Shown: positions 10,649-21,189, numbered from the stretch's first letter. The stretch: 64,000 bases of DNA from an uncultured Gammaproteobacteria bacterium (GCA_964466835.1 CAYXNV010000002.1:3779-67778); one strand, 5' to 3'. Numbers and translations: made by a program. The notes: a model not told the origin generated them from the sequence alone.

Positions 10649-11671
10649 ATGGCTAAACAAGTTATTTTTGATAAAAAAAATGTTCTAGTAGCTGGGGGAG
10701 CTGGTTTTATTGGTTCACATTTATGCGATGAACTTATTAAAACTTGCAAAGTGATTTGTGTAGATAATTTTGTTTCTGGTAGTGAGCGCAACATTGACCA
10801 TCTTTTAGCTAACCCTGATTTTACTTTTATTAATCACGATCTATCTCAACCTCTGGATTTAGAGAAAATATCAGAGTTAAAGAAATTTAAAATTGAGTTT
10901 CAGGGCTTGCAAGAAATATATAATTTAGCTTGCCCCATGTCGCCCCATAATTTTTTAGATAATCGTTTTGCAACCCTGATGGCTAATTCTTATGTGGTGA
11001 AAAATTTACTTGATCTAGCAGTTAAATATCAATCTAAATTTCTTCAATTTTCTTCATCAGTTATCTATGGCCCCCGTCGTGAAGATCAACCTGATCTAAA
11101 GATTAAAGAAAGTGATGTGGGATCAGTTGATCATCTGTCTGAAAGAAGCGCCTATGATGAAGGGAAACGATTTGCAGAAACCTTAGTTAGTAGCTATCGC
11201 TCTCTTTATCAAATTGATGCTAAAATAATTCGTCTTTTCCGAGTCTATGGCCCCCGAATGGAGTTTGATGATGATCATATGATTCCTGATTTCATTAATA
11301 ATGCTTTAGACAACAAAGATATTGTGATTTTTGGCAATGAAACTTTTTCTTCCTCTTTTTGCTATATTGATGATGTGATTGATGCTGTTGCTAAATTTAT
11401 GAAAACTGAAATTTCTGGACCAATTAATATTGGCTCTGATGTTAATATTAATTTTACTGATTTAGCTAATTTAATTATTAAAGAAACTGATTCAAAATCA
11501 AAAATCACTTATTCTGATAATAAACTATTCCTATCAGAATTAATTTTGCCTGATATACATAAAGCTAAGAATGAATTGGGCTGGATGCCGGTGGTAACCT
11601 TAGAAAATGGCTTAAAGAAAACTATCTTTGATATTCAAGCTAATAAAAAACTACATAAGTTTGGAGCTTAA
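10649..11671 (+). CDS. NAD-dependent epimerase/dehydratase, UDP-glucuronate decarboxylase-like
   Basis: GGAGFIGSHL, NLACPMSP, YDEGKRFAE motifs. Confidence 0.85.
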   Translation: MAKQVIFDKKNVLVAGGAGFIGSHLCDELIKTCKVICVDNFVSGSERNIDHLLANPDFTFINHDLSQPLDLEKISELKKFKIEFQGLQEIYNLACPMSPHNFLDNRFATLMANSYVVKNLLDLAVKYQSKFLQFSSSVIYGPRREDQPDLKIKESDVGSVDHLSERSAYDEGKRFAETLVSSYRSLYQIDAKIIRLFRVYGPRMEFDDDHMIPDFINNALDNKDIVIFGNETFSSSFCYIDDVIDAVAKFMKTEISGPINIGSDVNINFTDLANLIIKETDSKSKITYSDNKLFLSELILPDIHKAKNELGWMPVVTLENGLKKTIFDIQANKKLHKFGA

Positions 11672-11692
11672 ATAATATATATAATGTCAATA

Positions 11693-11718
11693 AAAAATCA
11701 GCCCTAGGGCTGATTTTT
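11693..11718. terminator. Bidirectional terminator (perfect 26-bp palindrome) between convergent genes
   Basis: AAAAATCAGCCCT/AGGGCTGATTTTT. Confidence 0.8.
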
Positions 11719-11735
11719 GTTTTGTCTTATATCTA

Positions 11736-12782
11736 TTAAATTTCTTTCATTTTGTTTATTAAATCTTCTTCGTTATTAGGTTCAAATAATTTGTCGTTTT
11801 CTCCTATGATCTCTGGAATACCACCAATATCAGCCGCTATCACTGGCAGATTATATGATTGAGCACCATATATGATGGTGGGAGAATTTTCATAGCATAG
11901 GGAGGGAACGATCAAACAATAACTTTGTTGCATTATTTTTTCTATTTCTTCATATTTTCGTCTCCCCATAAATTCTATATTAGTATCATTAGCCTCTTTT
12001 TTGGCTCGTTCTAATTCTTTTCCATCACCAATAATAATTAATTTAACATTTGGATCAGTTAATTTTTTGAAAGCATTAATTAAAAGAAAAATCCCTTTAT
12101 GTTTTTCTATTTGGCCGACAAAAAGGAAGGTTTTTTTAGGGAATTTATTTAGACTTTTTTGATTACTAGACTTTATTGGCCAATTAAATGGTCTAATCTC
12201 TTTAATGGAGTCAGGAAAAAAATTTCGTTTCCTGTGTTCAGTTAATAACCAATTAGAAGGTGATATGACTTTATTAACCGAAGAAAATGATTTACGGTTT
12301 AGGGTTTGATATATTTTACTAGGAATAGAGTTTATTACTTTTTCTTTTCCATGGAACATTAAACCTGAAGGATGAAGTAATTGAATATCATGAAGAAAAT
12401 GATGATGCTCTATTCCCAATTTCTTTATTATTTTGGGAATTCTAAAGCCGAGCCCTAAAAGATTGTGAGTGATGATTAAATTGGGTTTTTCTGCTATCAG
12501 TATCTTCTTTATTTTTTTACTCCTTTTCCAATTTAAAATATTAGCAATGTGCCAGCCAAAACGAAAGAATGTATTAATTTTATTTAGATTATAATAACTT
12601 GAATTTAAATAATATGTTTTTAAATCAGTTTTGGTTGGGGTCTCCGCTTTTTTAGGTTTGGTGGTAATTAAAAAGACTTCCTGATTTTCTTTTCTAAAAT
12701 CATTAATCATCATCTCAACCACGGTTTCTGCTCCACCACGACTAAAAGGTTTGTATAGATTGTTTAACAAACAGATTTTCAT
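11736..12782 (-). CDS. Glycosyltransferase family 4
   Basis: GGAE, FVGQIEKHKG, PSLCYENSP motifs. Confidence 0.88.
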   Translation of the reverse strand: MKICLLNNLYKPFSRGGAETVVEMMINDFRKENQEVFLITTKPKKAETPTKTDLKTYYLNSSYYNLNKINTFFRFGWHIANILNWKRSKKIKKILIAEKPNLIITHNLLGLGFRIPKIIKKLGIEHHHFLHDIQLLHPSGLMFHGKEKVINSIPSKIYQTLNRKSFSSVNKVISPSNWLLTEHRKRNFFPDSIKEIRPFNWPIKSSNQKSLNKFPKKTFLFVGQIEKHKGIFLLINAFKKLTDPNVKLIIIGDGKELERAKKEANDTNIEFMGRRKYEEIEKIMQQSYCLIVPSLCYENSPTIIYGAQSYNLPVIAADIGGIPEIIGENDKLFEPNNEEDLINKMKEI

Positions 12783-12783
12783 G

Positions 12784-13911
12784 TTAATTGAAAATTTCTT
12801 CTAATTTACTCTTCATCATCTCAAGACTATATTTTTTTTCAGTTAATTTTCGAGCGGCTAAAGACATTTCTCGTCTTAGTTCCTCATTATTAATAATAAA
12901 TTCTAACTTTTGTTTTAAATCATCAATGCTGCCAGGCTCAATTAATAGTCCTTGCTGATAGTTGGCGAAAACACTTCTGACGCCTGGTAGGTCGGAAGCA
13001 ATTACTGGCACACCACAAGCCATGGCTTCAATTAAAACTAAACCAAAGGCTTCGTTGCGGTTAATTGAGGGCAGAATTAATAAGTCAGAGTTTTGCATTG
13101 TACGAACTAAATTTTCATCAGATGCTTTGCCCACAAATTTAACTTGTTTATCTATTTTTAATTTTTTAGCTTTTTCTTGATAGTTTTTTTTCAAATCACC
13201 ATCACCAACAATCGTCAGTTGCCAATTACGGGAGGGCAGAATAACTAAAGCCTGTAATAGAACTTCTATTCCTTTAAAATAATGAGCTTTATCTAGAGCA
13301 CCAACAAAGAGAAGATCTAAACGACTTTTTTTAATAAATATATCATTAACGTGGTGAATAATATCTTTAGCTTTGGCAATTATTTTATTCTTAGTTGGTT
13401 TATTGATTAATTTAGGTTGATATTTTATCAAATCAATGCCAAAAGGTATTTCTTTAAATTTTTTAGGATTATTTTGATAGAATTTTTTAATTTGACTATT
13501 TTTAACATAGTCTAAACTAGCACTGACAATTAATTCTGCTTTTTTCAACAGGGAACGACGGATTGATAAGCTGGGAATGCTAAGAAGTTTGTTGAATAAA
13601 GATGAATTCTTTACATCCATGTGATAGTGAATAATTATTTTCTTTTTAGGACAGAATAAACCAAAAAGCCAAACTACTTCAGCCGCTCCAAAAAAAGGAT
13701 AGTGAAGATAAATATAATCAAATTTTCTCAACTTCCATAATAATTGAGGCAAAAAAGCGCCGTGGCCATATTTTAGCCACGGTTTTAGAGTGGTCGGAGT
13801 GAAACTCACCACCTCATGTTTATCTTTTAATAGTTGTTCAATTTGGTAAGCACTATTACCAATTCCACCACTATAGGGAGGCCAAGCGCAAACAACTTGA
13901 GCAATTCGCAT
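12784..13911 (-). CDS. Glycosyltransferase family 4
   Basis: FVGALD, EAFGLVLIEAMACG motifs. Confidence 0.9.
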   Translation of the reverse strand: MRIAQVVCAWPPYSGGIGNSAYQIEQLLKDKHEVVSFTPTTLKPWLKYGHGAFLPQLLWKLRKFDYIYLHYPFFGAAEVVWLFGLFCPKKKIIIHYHMDVKNSSLFNKLLSIPSLSIRRSLLKKAELIVSASLDYVKNSQIKKFYQNNPKKFKEIPFGIDLIKYQPKLINKPTKNKIIAKAKDIIHHVNDIFIKKSRLDLLFVGALDKAHYFKGIEVLLQALVILPSRNWQLTIVGDGDLKKNYQEKAKKLKIDKQVKFVGKASDENLVRTMQNSDLLILPSINRNEAFGLVLIEAMACGVPVIASDLPGVRSVFANYQQGLLIEPGSIDDLKQKLEFIINNEELRREMSLAARKLTEKKYSLEMMKSKLEEIFN

Positions 13912-13916
13912 ATTAA

Positions 13917-14252
13917 TTAATTATCTTTCTTGTTTTTATCTAAAGCAACTTTTCTCACTACTTCAGTCAGATTTTTATCCATTTTAGCAATATTTAAACG
14001 AAGTTTAAATATTAGGAAGAATAGAACGATAATGGCTAAATAGAGAAGGAAATTTATACCAGATCCAGAAAAACCAAAATAGCCGACTAAACGATCAATG
14101 TCACGAATAAAGATTATTGCTAGAGCACCTAAAACCCAAAAGATGAGCCAGAAAATGAATTCATTTTGATTAATTTCCTTTTTCTTTTTTTGCACTCCTA
14201 AACGCCAGACAAAGATAGCGATTAAAGCTAAAGCAATGATTTGTTGTATCAT
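13917..14252 (-). CDS. DUF2304-like small membrane protein
   Basis: Three TM segments and a C-terminal LTEVVRKVAL, downstream of a GT2 gene as typical for this family. Confidence 0.7.
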   Translation of the reverse strand: MIQQIIALALIAIFVWRLGVQKKKKEINQNEFIFWLIFWVLGALAIIFIRDIDRLVGYFGFSGSGINFLLYLAIIVLFFLIFKLRLNIAKMDKNLTEVVRKVALDKNKKDN

Positions 14253-14253
14253 A

Positions 14254-14916
14254 TTAATTTATTATCTTTTTAATAATTAGATCTTTTAATATCCTAACAC
14301 CACCAGAGAATTTTTGTCCATATTCATGATAGACAACTGTAATGGGAATTTCTTTAATTTTTATCTTGTTTTTAAATAGTTGATAGAGGATTTCACTGCA
14401 ATGAGCCATGCCATCACTTTTTATATCTATCTTTTCAGCTGCTTTTCTACTAAGAGCGCGAAAACCACTTTGAGGATCAGTTAGTTTTATATTAAAGAAT
14501 ACTTTATTAATAGTTCGGGCTAAAGGCAGGATAATATTCTTCTTTATCTTTGGTATATCAGATTTTTTCTCTAAAAATCTTGATCCCAGAACTGCTTCAG
14601 CCTGACCAAGAAGAATAGGAGAAATTACTTCGGGAATTTCTTCAGCTTTAAATTGATTATCGCCATCAAAATGAACAATTACATCAGCTCCTTTTTTTAG
14701 AGCATAATTATTACCAGTTTGTAGAGCGGCTCCTTGACCTCTATTAATTATATGTTTTAGAACAGTAGCATCAGTCTTCTGAGTTAATTCAACCGTATTA
14801 TCCTGGGAATAATCATCAACTACTACAATTTCATCAACAAAAGGACGAACACTGTTAACGACTTGAGCGATATTTTTAGCTTCGTTGTAGGCGGGAATGA
14901 CACAAAAAACTTTCAT
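14254..14916 (-). CDS. Glycosyltransferase family 2 (polyprenol-phosphate glycosyltransferase-like)
   Basis: IPAYNE, VDD, NRGQGAA, FDGD, DPQSGFRA motifs; start MKVFCV at 14916 preferred. Confidence 0.9.
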   Translation of the reverse strand: MKVFCVIPAYNEAKNIAQVVNSVRPFVDEIVVVDDYSQDNTVELTQKTDATVLKHIINRGQGAALQTGNNYALKKGADVIVHFDGDNQFKAEEIPEVISPILLGQAEAVLGSRFLEKKSDIPKIKKNIILPLARTINKVFFNIKLTDPQSGFRALSRKAAEKIDIKSDGMAHCSEILYQLFKNKIKIKEIPITVVYHEYGQKFSGGVRILKDLIIKKIIN

Positions 14917-14920
14917 AAAT

Positions 14921-15949
14921 TTAAGAGTAGTCTTTCGGATCCAATAATCCATCTTTTATTTTTTTCTTTAAATCTTCAGATATGGTTTGGAAACCATTAG
15001 CCAAAGCTAGTCGAGCTAATTTTTCCCAGAATTTTTCTTTTTTAGGATCACCCTGACTATCAGAAATAAATTTTTTCATTTTTGGACTAAGGGATAATAT
15101 TTCGAACAGACCAATTTCTTGCCGATTTGATTTTGTTTGTTTTTTAGCTCGTTTCAATCTAACTGTTCCTTGATTAATGATCAATTTAAGAGTATTAAGT
15201 TTGAGATTTAAAGGAAGTTTTAATTTCAAAATTTTAAGCAAAACCCCCCAACTACTATCAGCGGTGATAGTAGTTAGAACCAGACGGCCACTATTAGCGG
15301 CTTGAAAAAGTCTTTTAAAGTCTTCATCACTCTCAAGATCGTCTAGAGCAATTATATCAGAATCATATTGTAATATTTTTTCCCAATTTGTTTTAGTCGG
15401 TGATAATTGATTAATTCCGTCTATTTCATACTCCGGTTGTTTTTCTAGAAGATAAATACTTGACTCTGGTTGATTTAATTCTTGGAGCAGAGAATAGAGA
15501 GTGGTGCTTTTGCCACCACCAGCTGACCCACTAATAACTATTAAACCTGATTTTGTTCTTAAAGCTTCTTTTAAAGTCTTTAATTGATTTCTTTGTAGAC
15601 CTAATTGTTTAATTTTCCAAAGTCTGTTATTTTTTTTAATAATATTAATAATTACTTTTTCACCGGAATCAGTTGGTAAAATAGTTAGATAAAAGGTAAG
15701 GCAATAATTTTTATCATATATTTTACAATATTTTTGGTTAGCTAACTCATCAGAAGCAATCTTTAGAATTTGGCGAAGATTATTCATTAAATTAGTTTCT
15801 AGTTTTTTAGGTAAGCCAAAATTTTGTTGTCCACCATCAGGCATGCTATAGCTAAAAGAGATTTCTTTGAGATTATTTTCAATTACTAAACCAGCCGCGT
15901 TTTCTTTAGCAGCGTAGTGAAATAGATTATTGATTATTTTTTTGCTCAT
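14921..15949 (-). CDS. GspE/PilB-like secretion ATPase, degenerate
   Basis: GSAGGGKSTTLYS Walker A, PEYEIDGINQ, SGRLVLTT; Walker B and His box altered. Confidence 0.75.
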   Translation of the reverse strand: MSKKIINNLFHYAAKENAAGLVIENNLKEISFSYSMPDGGQQNFGLPKKLETNLMNNLRQILKIASDELANQKYCKIYDKNYCLTFYLTILPTDSGEKVIINIIKKNNRLWKIKQLGLQRNQLKTLKEALRTKSGLIVISGSAGGGKSTTLYSLLQELNQPESSIYLLEKQPEYEIDGINQLSPTKTNWEKILQYDSDIIALDDLESDEDFKRLFQAANSGRLVLTTITADSSWGVLLKILKLKLPLNLKLNTLKLIINQGTVRLKRAKKQTKSNRQEIGLFEILSLSPKMKKFISDSQGDPKKEKFWEKLARLALANGFQTISEDLKKKIKDGLLDPKDYS

Positions 15950-16047
15950 AATAGTATTATTATAGCTTATTTTATATTATTTTTGAAATGTGTTAGAATA
16001 ATAAATATTAGCCCGCGAGAAACGGGGTTTTTAAAGTAGTAATTTTT

Positions 16048-16461
16048 ATGACTTATTCCAACTTTTATGCTCGTTTTTACACCGCTATTCAGAGGATAAT
16101 TAAGATTTTAAAGGTCATTTTTAGCTTTCATTATAGTGTTTATTATTTAATTATTATTGCGGTTTCGCAAGTTTTAGCTTGGCTACAAGCTATTTTCATT
16201 TTTCGCGGTTTGACTGGTGATTTTTTAGTGCTACACTATAATGTTGATTTTGGGATTGATTTTGTAGCTGAGCCAAGTCGAATTTTTAGTTGGCCCCTGT
16301 TTAGTCTAGTGGTTTTCTTTATTAATTTGATTATTCTAGCGATTTTTAATAAAAATAAAGATTTTAAACTTTTTGTCCATTTATTATTAGTTGCTTCTGT
16401 TTTAGTTGGTTTATTGTTAAATATTGTTTTACTTTCAATTTATTTAATAAATTTTAGATAA
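16048..16461 (+). CDS. Membrane protein (DUF1648-like)
   Basis: Three TM segments, LHYNVDFGID motif. Confidence 0.6.
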   Translation: MTYSNFYARFYTAIQRIIKILKVIFSFHYSVYYLIIIAVSQVLAWLQAIFIFRGLTGDFLVLHYNVDFGIDFVAEPSRIFSWPLFSLVVFFINLIILAIFNKNKDFKLFVHLLLVASVLVGLLLNIVLLSIYLINFR

Positions 16462-16463
16462 TT

Positions 16464-17513
16464 ATGACAGAATTCTATATTATTAAAATTCTTTTCTTTT
16501 CCACCCTATCTTTTGTATTGGCCATTCTTTTAGCTCCAATTTTAACCCATTATCTATATAAATATCGAATGGGTAAAAAAATTAGAAATAATGGTCAAAC
16601 CCCCGTCTTTACTAAATTACATGCTCATAAAGAGGGCACTCCAACTATGGGAGGAATTTTAATTTGGGGAACAGTTTTGATTTTAATGCTTTTATTCTCG
16701 TCATTAGCTGATCTTTTCCCTTGGGATGTTTTTAATCATTTAAATTTTTTGTCTCGATCAGAAACTCTATTGCCCCTGGGGGCATTAATTGCGACCGCTC
16801 TAATCGGCTTGGTTGACGATTGGTTAGATGTCCGTGGCCAAGGAGTGTTTGGTGGTGGTGGTTTAAAGATGAAGCATCGTTTATTGATTTATGCTTTAAT
16901 TGCCATTGTCGGTTCGCTTTGGTTTTATTTTAAATTAGATTGGACAGTTTTTCATGTGCCTTTCTTCGGCAACTTTGAAATTGGTGCCTGGTATATTCCT
17001 TTATTTATTTTTATTATTGTAGCTACTTCTTTTTCAGTTAATGAAAGTGATGGTTTAGATGGTTTAGCTGGCGGTACTTTATTATTTGCTTTTATCGCCT
17101 ATGCTGTTATTGCTTTTACTCTTGGTCGTTATGAGCTGGCTACTTTTTGCGGAGCTATTATTGGCGCTCTTTTGGCCTTTCTTTGGTTTAACATCCCGCC
17201 CGCCCGTTTCTATATGGGTGATACCGGTTCAATGAGTTTAGGGGTGACTTTGGGCATAATTGCCATGTTAACTAATAATGCTTTATTGTTAATATTTATT
17301 GGTCTAATCTTTTTAATTGAATCTCTATCAGTTATTGTTCAGCTTATATCTAAAAAAATTCGCGGTAAAAAGATATTTGTGTCTTCGCCAATTCATCATC
17401 ATTTCCAAGCGATTGGTTGGCCAGAGGCAAAGGTGGTAATGCGATTTTGGGTTATCTCTGCCATTGGCGCCGCTGTTGGTTTAATGATTTTTTTATTAGA
17501 TAAAAGTTTTTAA
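16464..17513 (+). CDS. mraY: Phospho-N-acetylmuramoyl-pentapeptide transferase
   Basis: KEGTPTMGG, DGLDGL, MGDTGS, PIHHHF motifs. Confidence 0.96.
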   Translation: MTEFYIIKILFFSTLSFVLAILLAPILTHYLYKYRMGKKIRNNGQTPVFTKLHAHKEGTPTMGGILIWGTVLILMLLFSSLADLFPWDVFNHLNFLSRSETLLPLGALIATALIGLVDDWLDVRGQGVFGGGGLKMKHRLLIYALIAIVGSLWFYFKLDWTVFHVPFFGNFEIGAWYIPLFIFIIVATSFSVNESDGLDGLAGGTLLFAFIAYAVIAFTLGRYELATFCGAIIGALLAFLWFNIPPARFYMGDTGSMSLGVTLGIIAMLTNNALLLIFIGLIFLIESLSVIVQLISKKIRGKKIFVSSPIHHHFQAIGWPEAKVVMRFWVISAIGAAVGLMIFLLDKSF

Positions 17514-17516
17514 TTT

Positions 17517-18662
17517 ATGGTTAATCGCTTGGCTAAAAAATTATTTTCTCCACGCCGAGGTGAACATGAGCCTGACAAAAGTTTAATTATGGCCATGTTT
17601 TTTTTAATAGTTTTTGGTTTAGTAATGCTTTTTAGTGCTTCATCAGTAGTTTCCTATGCTCGTTTTGGTAATACCTATCATTATTTTACCCATCAATTAA
17701 TTGGTTTGGGAATTGGTTTAGTAGCTTTTTTTGTTGTTTCTCGTATTAATTATCATCTTTGGAAAAGATTTGCTCTTTTACTTTTATTCCTTTCTATCAT
17801 TCTTCTTCTGTTGGTTTTTATTCCCGGGATTAGGGCGGAACATGGAGCGGCTCGAAGTTGGATTACTTTGTTTGGTTATTCTTTTCAACCCTCAGAGTTG
17901 GTTAAATTATCATTCCTTATTTATTTGGCTACTTGGTTAGAGGCGAAAAAGCATGCTCTTAGCAGTCTATCTAGTGGGGTGATTCCTTTTTTAATTATTT
18001 TAGGGATAATTAGTGGTTTAATGATTGCTCAGCCTGATATGGGGACTCTATTTATTATCGCCTTTACTGCTTTAATTGTTTTTTTCACTGGCGGGGGAAA
18101 AGTTACTCATATTTTTCTAACTTTATGTCTGGCCGCCTTATTATTGTTTATAGTTCTCAGTACTCGGTCGTCGTATCAAAGTGATCGTTTTAAATGTTTG
18201 AAAGATCCAACTTATAGTACTCAAGATAAGTGCTATCAAATCAATCAATCTTTAATTGCAGTTGGTTCTGGCGGTTGGTTTGGTCGCGGTTTAGGGCAAA
18301 GTCGGCAAAAATTTATGTATTTGCCAGAGGTTTGGGGTGATTCTATTTTTCCAATCATTGCCGAAGAAATTGGTTTTATTTTTAGTACCTTTTTAATTCT
18401 TTTATATTTATTTATATTCTATCGCGGTCTAGCAATTGCTCGAGCCGCTCCTGATTTATATGGCAGTGCTTTGGCGACTGGTATTGTTGTTTGGCTGGCG
18501 ATTCAAACTTTTCTCAATATTGGTGGTATGATTAATCTCATACCAATGACTGGTGTCCCTTTGCCTTTTATTTCTCATGGTGGCTCAGCCATCCTATCAG
18601 CCTTGATTGCTATGGGAATATTAGTTAATATCAGTAAGCAAACAACAACTCGTTGGCATTAG
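17517..18662 (+). CDS. ftsW: SEDS peptidoglycan glycosyltransferase FtsW
   Basis: FQPSELVK, QPDMGT, GVPLPFISHGGS; lies between mraY and murG. Confidence 0.92.
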   Translation: MVNRLAKKLFSPRRGEHEPDKSLIMAMFFLIVFGLVMLFSASSVVSYARFGNTYHYFTHQLIGLGIGLVAFFVVSRINYHLWKRFALLLLFLSIILLLLVFIPGIRAEHGAARSWITLFGYSFQPSELVKLSFLIYLATWLEAKKHALSSLSSGVIPFLIILGIISGLMIAQPDMGTLFIIAFTALIVFFTGGGKVTHIFLTLCLAALLLFIVLSTRSSYQSDRFKCLKDPTYSTQDKCYQINQSLIAVGSGGWFGRGLGQSRQKFMYLPEVWGDSIFPIIAEEIGFIFSTFLILLYLFIFYRGLAIARAAPDLYGSALATGIVVWLAIQTFLNIGGMINLIPMTGVPLPFISHGGSAILSALIAMGILVNISKQTTTRWH

Positions 18663-18665
18663 TAT

Positions 18666-19748
18666 ATGATTAAAGAAAAAAGACAAAAAATTATATTTTC
18701 TGGGGGTGGGACTGGCGGATCAGTCACACCATTATTAGCAGTGGCCGAGAAATATTTAGAACTTGAACCAAATACAGAATTGGTTTTTGTTGGTACTCGA
18801 AAAGGCCCAGAAAGAGAATTGGTTAATAATTGGTCAGGAGAAATGAAATTTATTTCTATACTAAGTGGCAAGTGGCGTCGTTATTTTTCTCTCCAAAATA
18901 TTCTTGATCTCTTTAAAATTGAATTAGCTTTTTATCAATCCCTATTTATTTTAATCAAAGAAAAACCTAAAGTGCTTGTTAGCGCTGGCGGTTTTGTTAG
19001 TGTGCCCTTAGCTTGGGCTGCCTGGGTGATGAAGATTCCAGTTTTAATCCATCAGCAAGATGTTAGGCCGGGCTTAGCTAATAAATTAATGTCTAAAGTA
19101 GCTAAAGTTACTACGGTTACCTTTGAAAAATCTTTGGCTGATTATGGCCCCAAAGCAATTTGGATTGGTAATCCTGTTAATCTAACTCCTGGTCAAAATA
19201 AAATAGCTGAGCCTAGAAATAAATATAGTTTAAAAGATGATAAACCAATTATCTTAGTAATCGGTGGTGGTACTGGCGCCCAAGGAATTAATGAATTAGT
19301 GCTGGCTAGCCTAGATAAATTATTAGAGTTTTGTCAGATTATTCATTTAACAGGGAAGAATAAGTTAAAAGAAATAAAGAAGGAAGGCTATTATTCTTTT
19401 GATTTTTTACCCCATCAAGAAACATTATCATTAATGTCCATTTTTGATTTAATAATTTCTCGTTGTGGATTAGGGGTGTTAACAGAGCTGTCTGCTCTAA
19501 AAAAACCAGCTATCCTTATTCCCATGCCCAATTCTCACCAAGAAGATAATGCTGACTTATTTAAAGAAAATGAAGCAGCTATAATACTTAATCAATTAGA
19601 ACTTAACTCAGAGCAATTAATTAAAGAGATATATAAAGTTCTATCCGATGATAAGTTGAAGCAAGAATTGAGTGAAAATATTGGTAAGGTGATTAAGACG
19701 GGTGCTAGTGAAAAAATGGTTGAATTAATTAAAAAGATAGCTAAATAA
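18666..19748 (+). CDS. murG: Lipid II GlcNAc transferase MurG
   Basis: GGGTGGS, GGFVS, GLANK, GNPV, HQEDNA motifs. Confidence 0.93.
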   Translation: MIKEKRQKIIFSGGGTGGSVTPLLAVAEKYLELEPNTELVFVGTRKGPERELVNNWSGEMKFISILSGKWRRYFSLQNILDLFKIELAFYQSLFILIKEKPKVLVSAGGFVSVPLAWAAWVMKIPVLIHQQDVRPGLANKLMSKVAKVTTVTFEKSLADYGPKAIWIGNPVNLTPGQNKIAEPRNKYSLKDDKPIILVIGGGTGAQGINELVLASLDKLLEFCQIIHLTGKNKLKEIKKEGYYSFDFLPHQETLSLMSIFDLIISRCGLGVLTELSALKKPAILIPMPNSHQEDNADLFKENEAAIILNQLELNSEQLIKEIYKVLSDDKLKQELSENIGKVIKTGASEKMVELIKKIAK

Positions 19749-19752
19749 AAAC

Positions 19753-21141
19753 ATGAAGAAGTTAAATATCTACATGATTGGAATTAAGGGAGTGGGCATG
19801 ACTATGTTAGCCCAATTTTTAGCTATCCAGGGACATAGTGTTTCTGGGTCTGATATTGAAGATGTTTTTCTAACTGACAAAGTCCTCAAGAAAGAAAAGA
19901 TAAAAGTATTTTCTCCTTTTAATATTAATAATATCCCTGAGAAAGTTGATTTAGTTATCTATTCTAGCGCTTTTAACAAAAGTAATAATATTGAATTGAA
20001 ATCTATTAATCAGAATAAAAAGATTAAAACAATTTCCTATGCCCAAGCTTTAGGCGATTTATTTAATCAATATCAAGGCATAGCTGTTTGTGGCAGTCAT
20101 GGTAAAACCACTGTTTCTGCCTGGCTCGGTTATGTATTAGAGAGGGCTGGTAAATCTCCTAACGTATTAGTTGGTTCTCGGGTGCCTCAGTTTAAAGGTA
20201 GTAGTTTATTAGGTAAATCAAAACTATTTGTGGCTGAAGTTGATGAATATCAGAATAAATTAAAATATTTTAAACCCCAAGGAGTGATATTAAATAATAT
20301 TGATTTTGACCATCCTGATTTTTTCAAAACTAAAGCTAGCTATCAAAAAGTATTTATTGATTTTGTAAAAAAGATTCCTCGCTCTGGTTTTTTAGTTGCT
20401 AATAATAATGATAAACAAGTTAAAAAGATAAAAGAATTTTGTCGTGGTCAAATTATTAGTTATGATTTAGCAGAAGAGCAGGGAAATGATGAGTTAGTTA
20501 ATTATTTAGCTCATGATCTAAAACAAGCTAATGGTTTTCAGACTTTTCAAGTTAATAATTTAGGAAGATTTAAAATAAAATCTTGGGGAGAACATAATGT
20601 CTATAACGCTTTAGCAGTTATTGCTACGGCCAGAGAATTGAAAGTTCCATTAGAAAAGATAAAAAAATATTTAGCTGAATTCAGAGGAACAGAACGCCGA
20701 GCTCAAATATTGGGAGAATATAAAAAAACAATAATTATTGATGATTACGCTCATCACCCAGCGGAGATAAAAACTACTTTAGCTGGTTTAAGAAAACATT
20801 ACTCTAACAAGAATATTATTACAGTTTTTCATCCCCACACTTTTACTCGCACCAAAGCTTTGTTTAAAGATTTTATCAAGAGCTTTAAAGACACTGATGA
20901 ATTAATTATTTTAGATATCTATGGTTCAGCCCGAGAAAAGCAGGGAGGAGTGTCCAGCGTTCAGTTAGTTAAAGAAATAAAGAAATATAATAGAACTGAA
21001 AAAATAAAACAGAAAGTTAGTCATATTTCTACCCTAGAACAGACCACCACGTATTTACGTAAGAATTTAAAAGCTAAAGATTTAGTATTATTAATGGGAG
21101 CGGGTGATGTTTTTAGAATTGGAAAGAGTTTGTTGAAGTAA
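19753..21141 (+). CDS. murC: UDP-N-acetylmuramate--L-alanine ligase
   Basis: IGIKGVGM, GSHGKTT, DDYAHHP, FHPH, MGAGD motifs. Confidence 0.93.
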   Translation: MKKLNIYMIGIKGVGMTMLAQFLAIQGHSVSGSDIEDVFLTDKVLKKEKIKVFSPFNINNIPEKVDLVIYSSAFNKSNNIELKSINQNKKIKTISYAQALGDLFNQYQGIAVCGSHGKTTVSAWLGYVLERAGKSPNVLVGSRVPQFKGSSLLGKSKLFVAEVDEYQNKLKYFKPQGVILNNIDFDHPDFFKTKASYQKVFIDFVKKIPRSGFLVANNNDKQVKKIKEFCRGQIISYDLAEEQGNDELVNYLAHDLKQANGFQTFQVNNLGRFKIKSWGEHNVYNALAVIATARELKVPLEKIKKYLAEFRGTERRAQILGEYKKTIIIDDYAHHPAEIKTTLAGLRKHYSNKNIITVFHPHTFTRTKALFKDFIKSFKDTDELIILDIYGSAREKQGGVSSVQLVKEIKKYNRTEKIKQKVSHISTLEQTTTYLRKNLKAKDLVLLMGAGDVFRIGKSLLK

Positions 21142-21161
21142 TAAATAATTTTAAAACAAAT

Positions 21162-21189
21162 AAAAAAAGCCTCTAGTCGAGAGGCTTTT
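21162..21189. terminator. Bidirectional terminator between murC and the convergent orphan
   Basis: AAAAGCCTCT-agtcg-AGAGGCTTTT with A/T tracts on both sides. Confidence 0.8.

Noticed and set aside
11662-11690. Minus-strand TTGACA next to the 11693 terminator as an empty cassette promoter
   Set aside because: No -10 element at 17-bp spacing (GCTCCA) and no ORF or boxA-like motif follows
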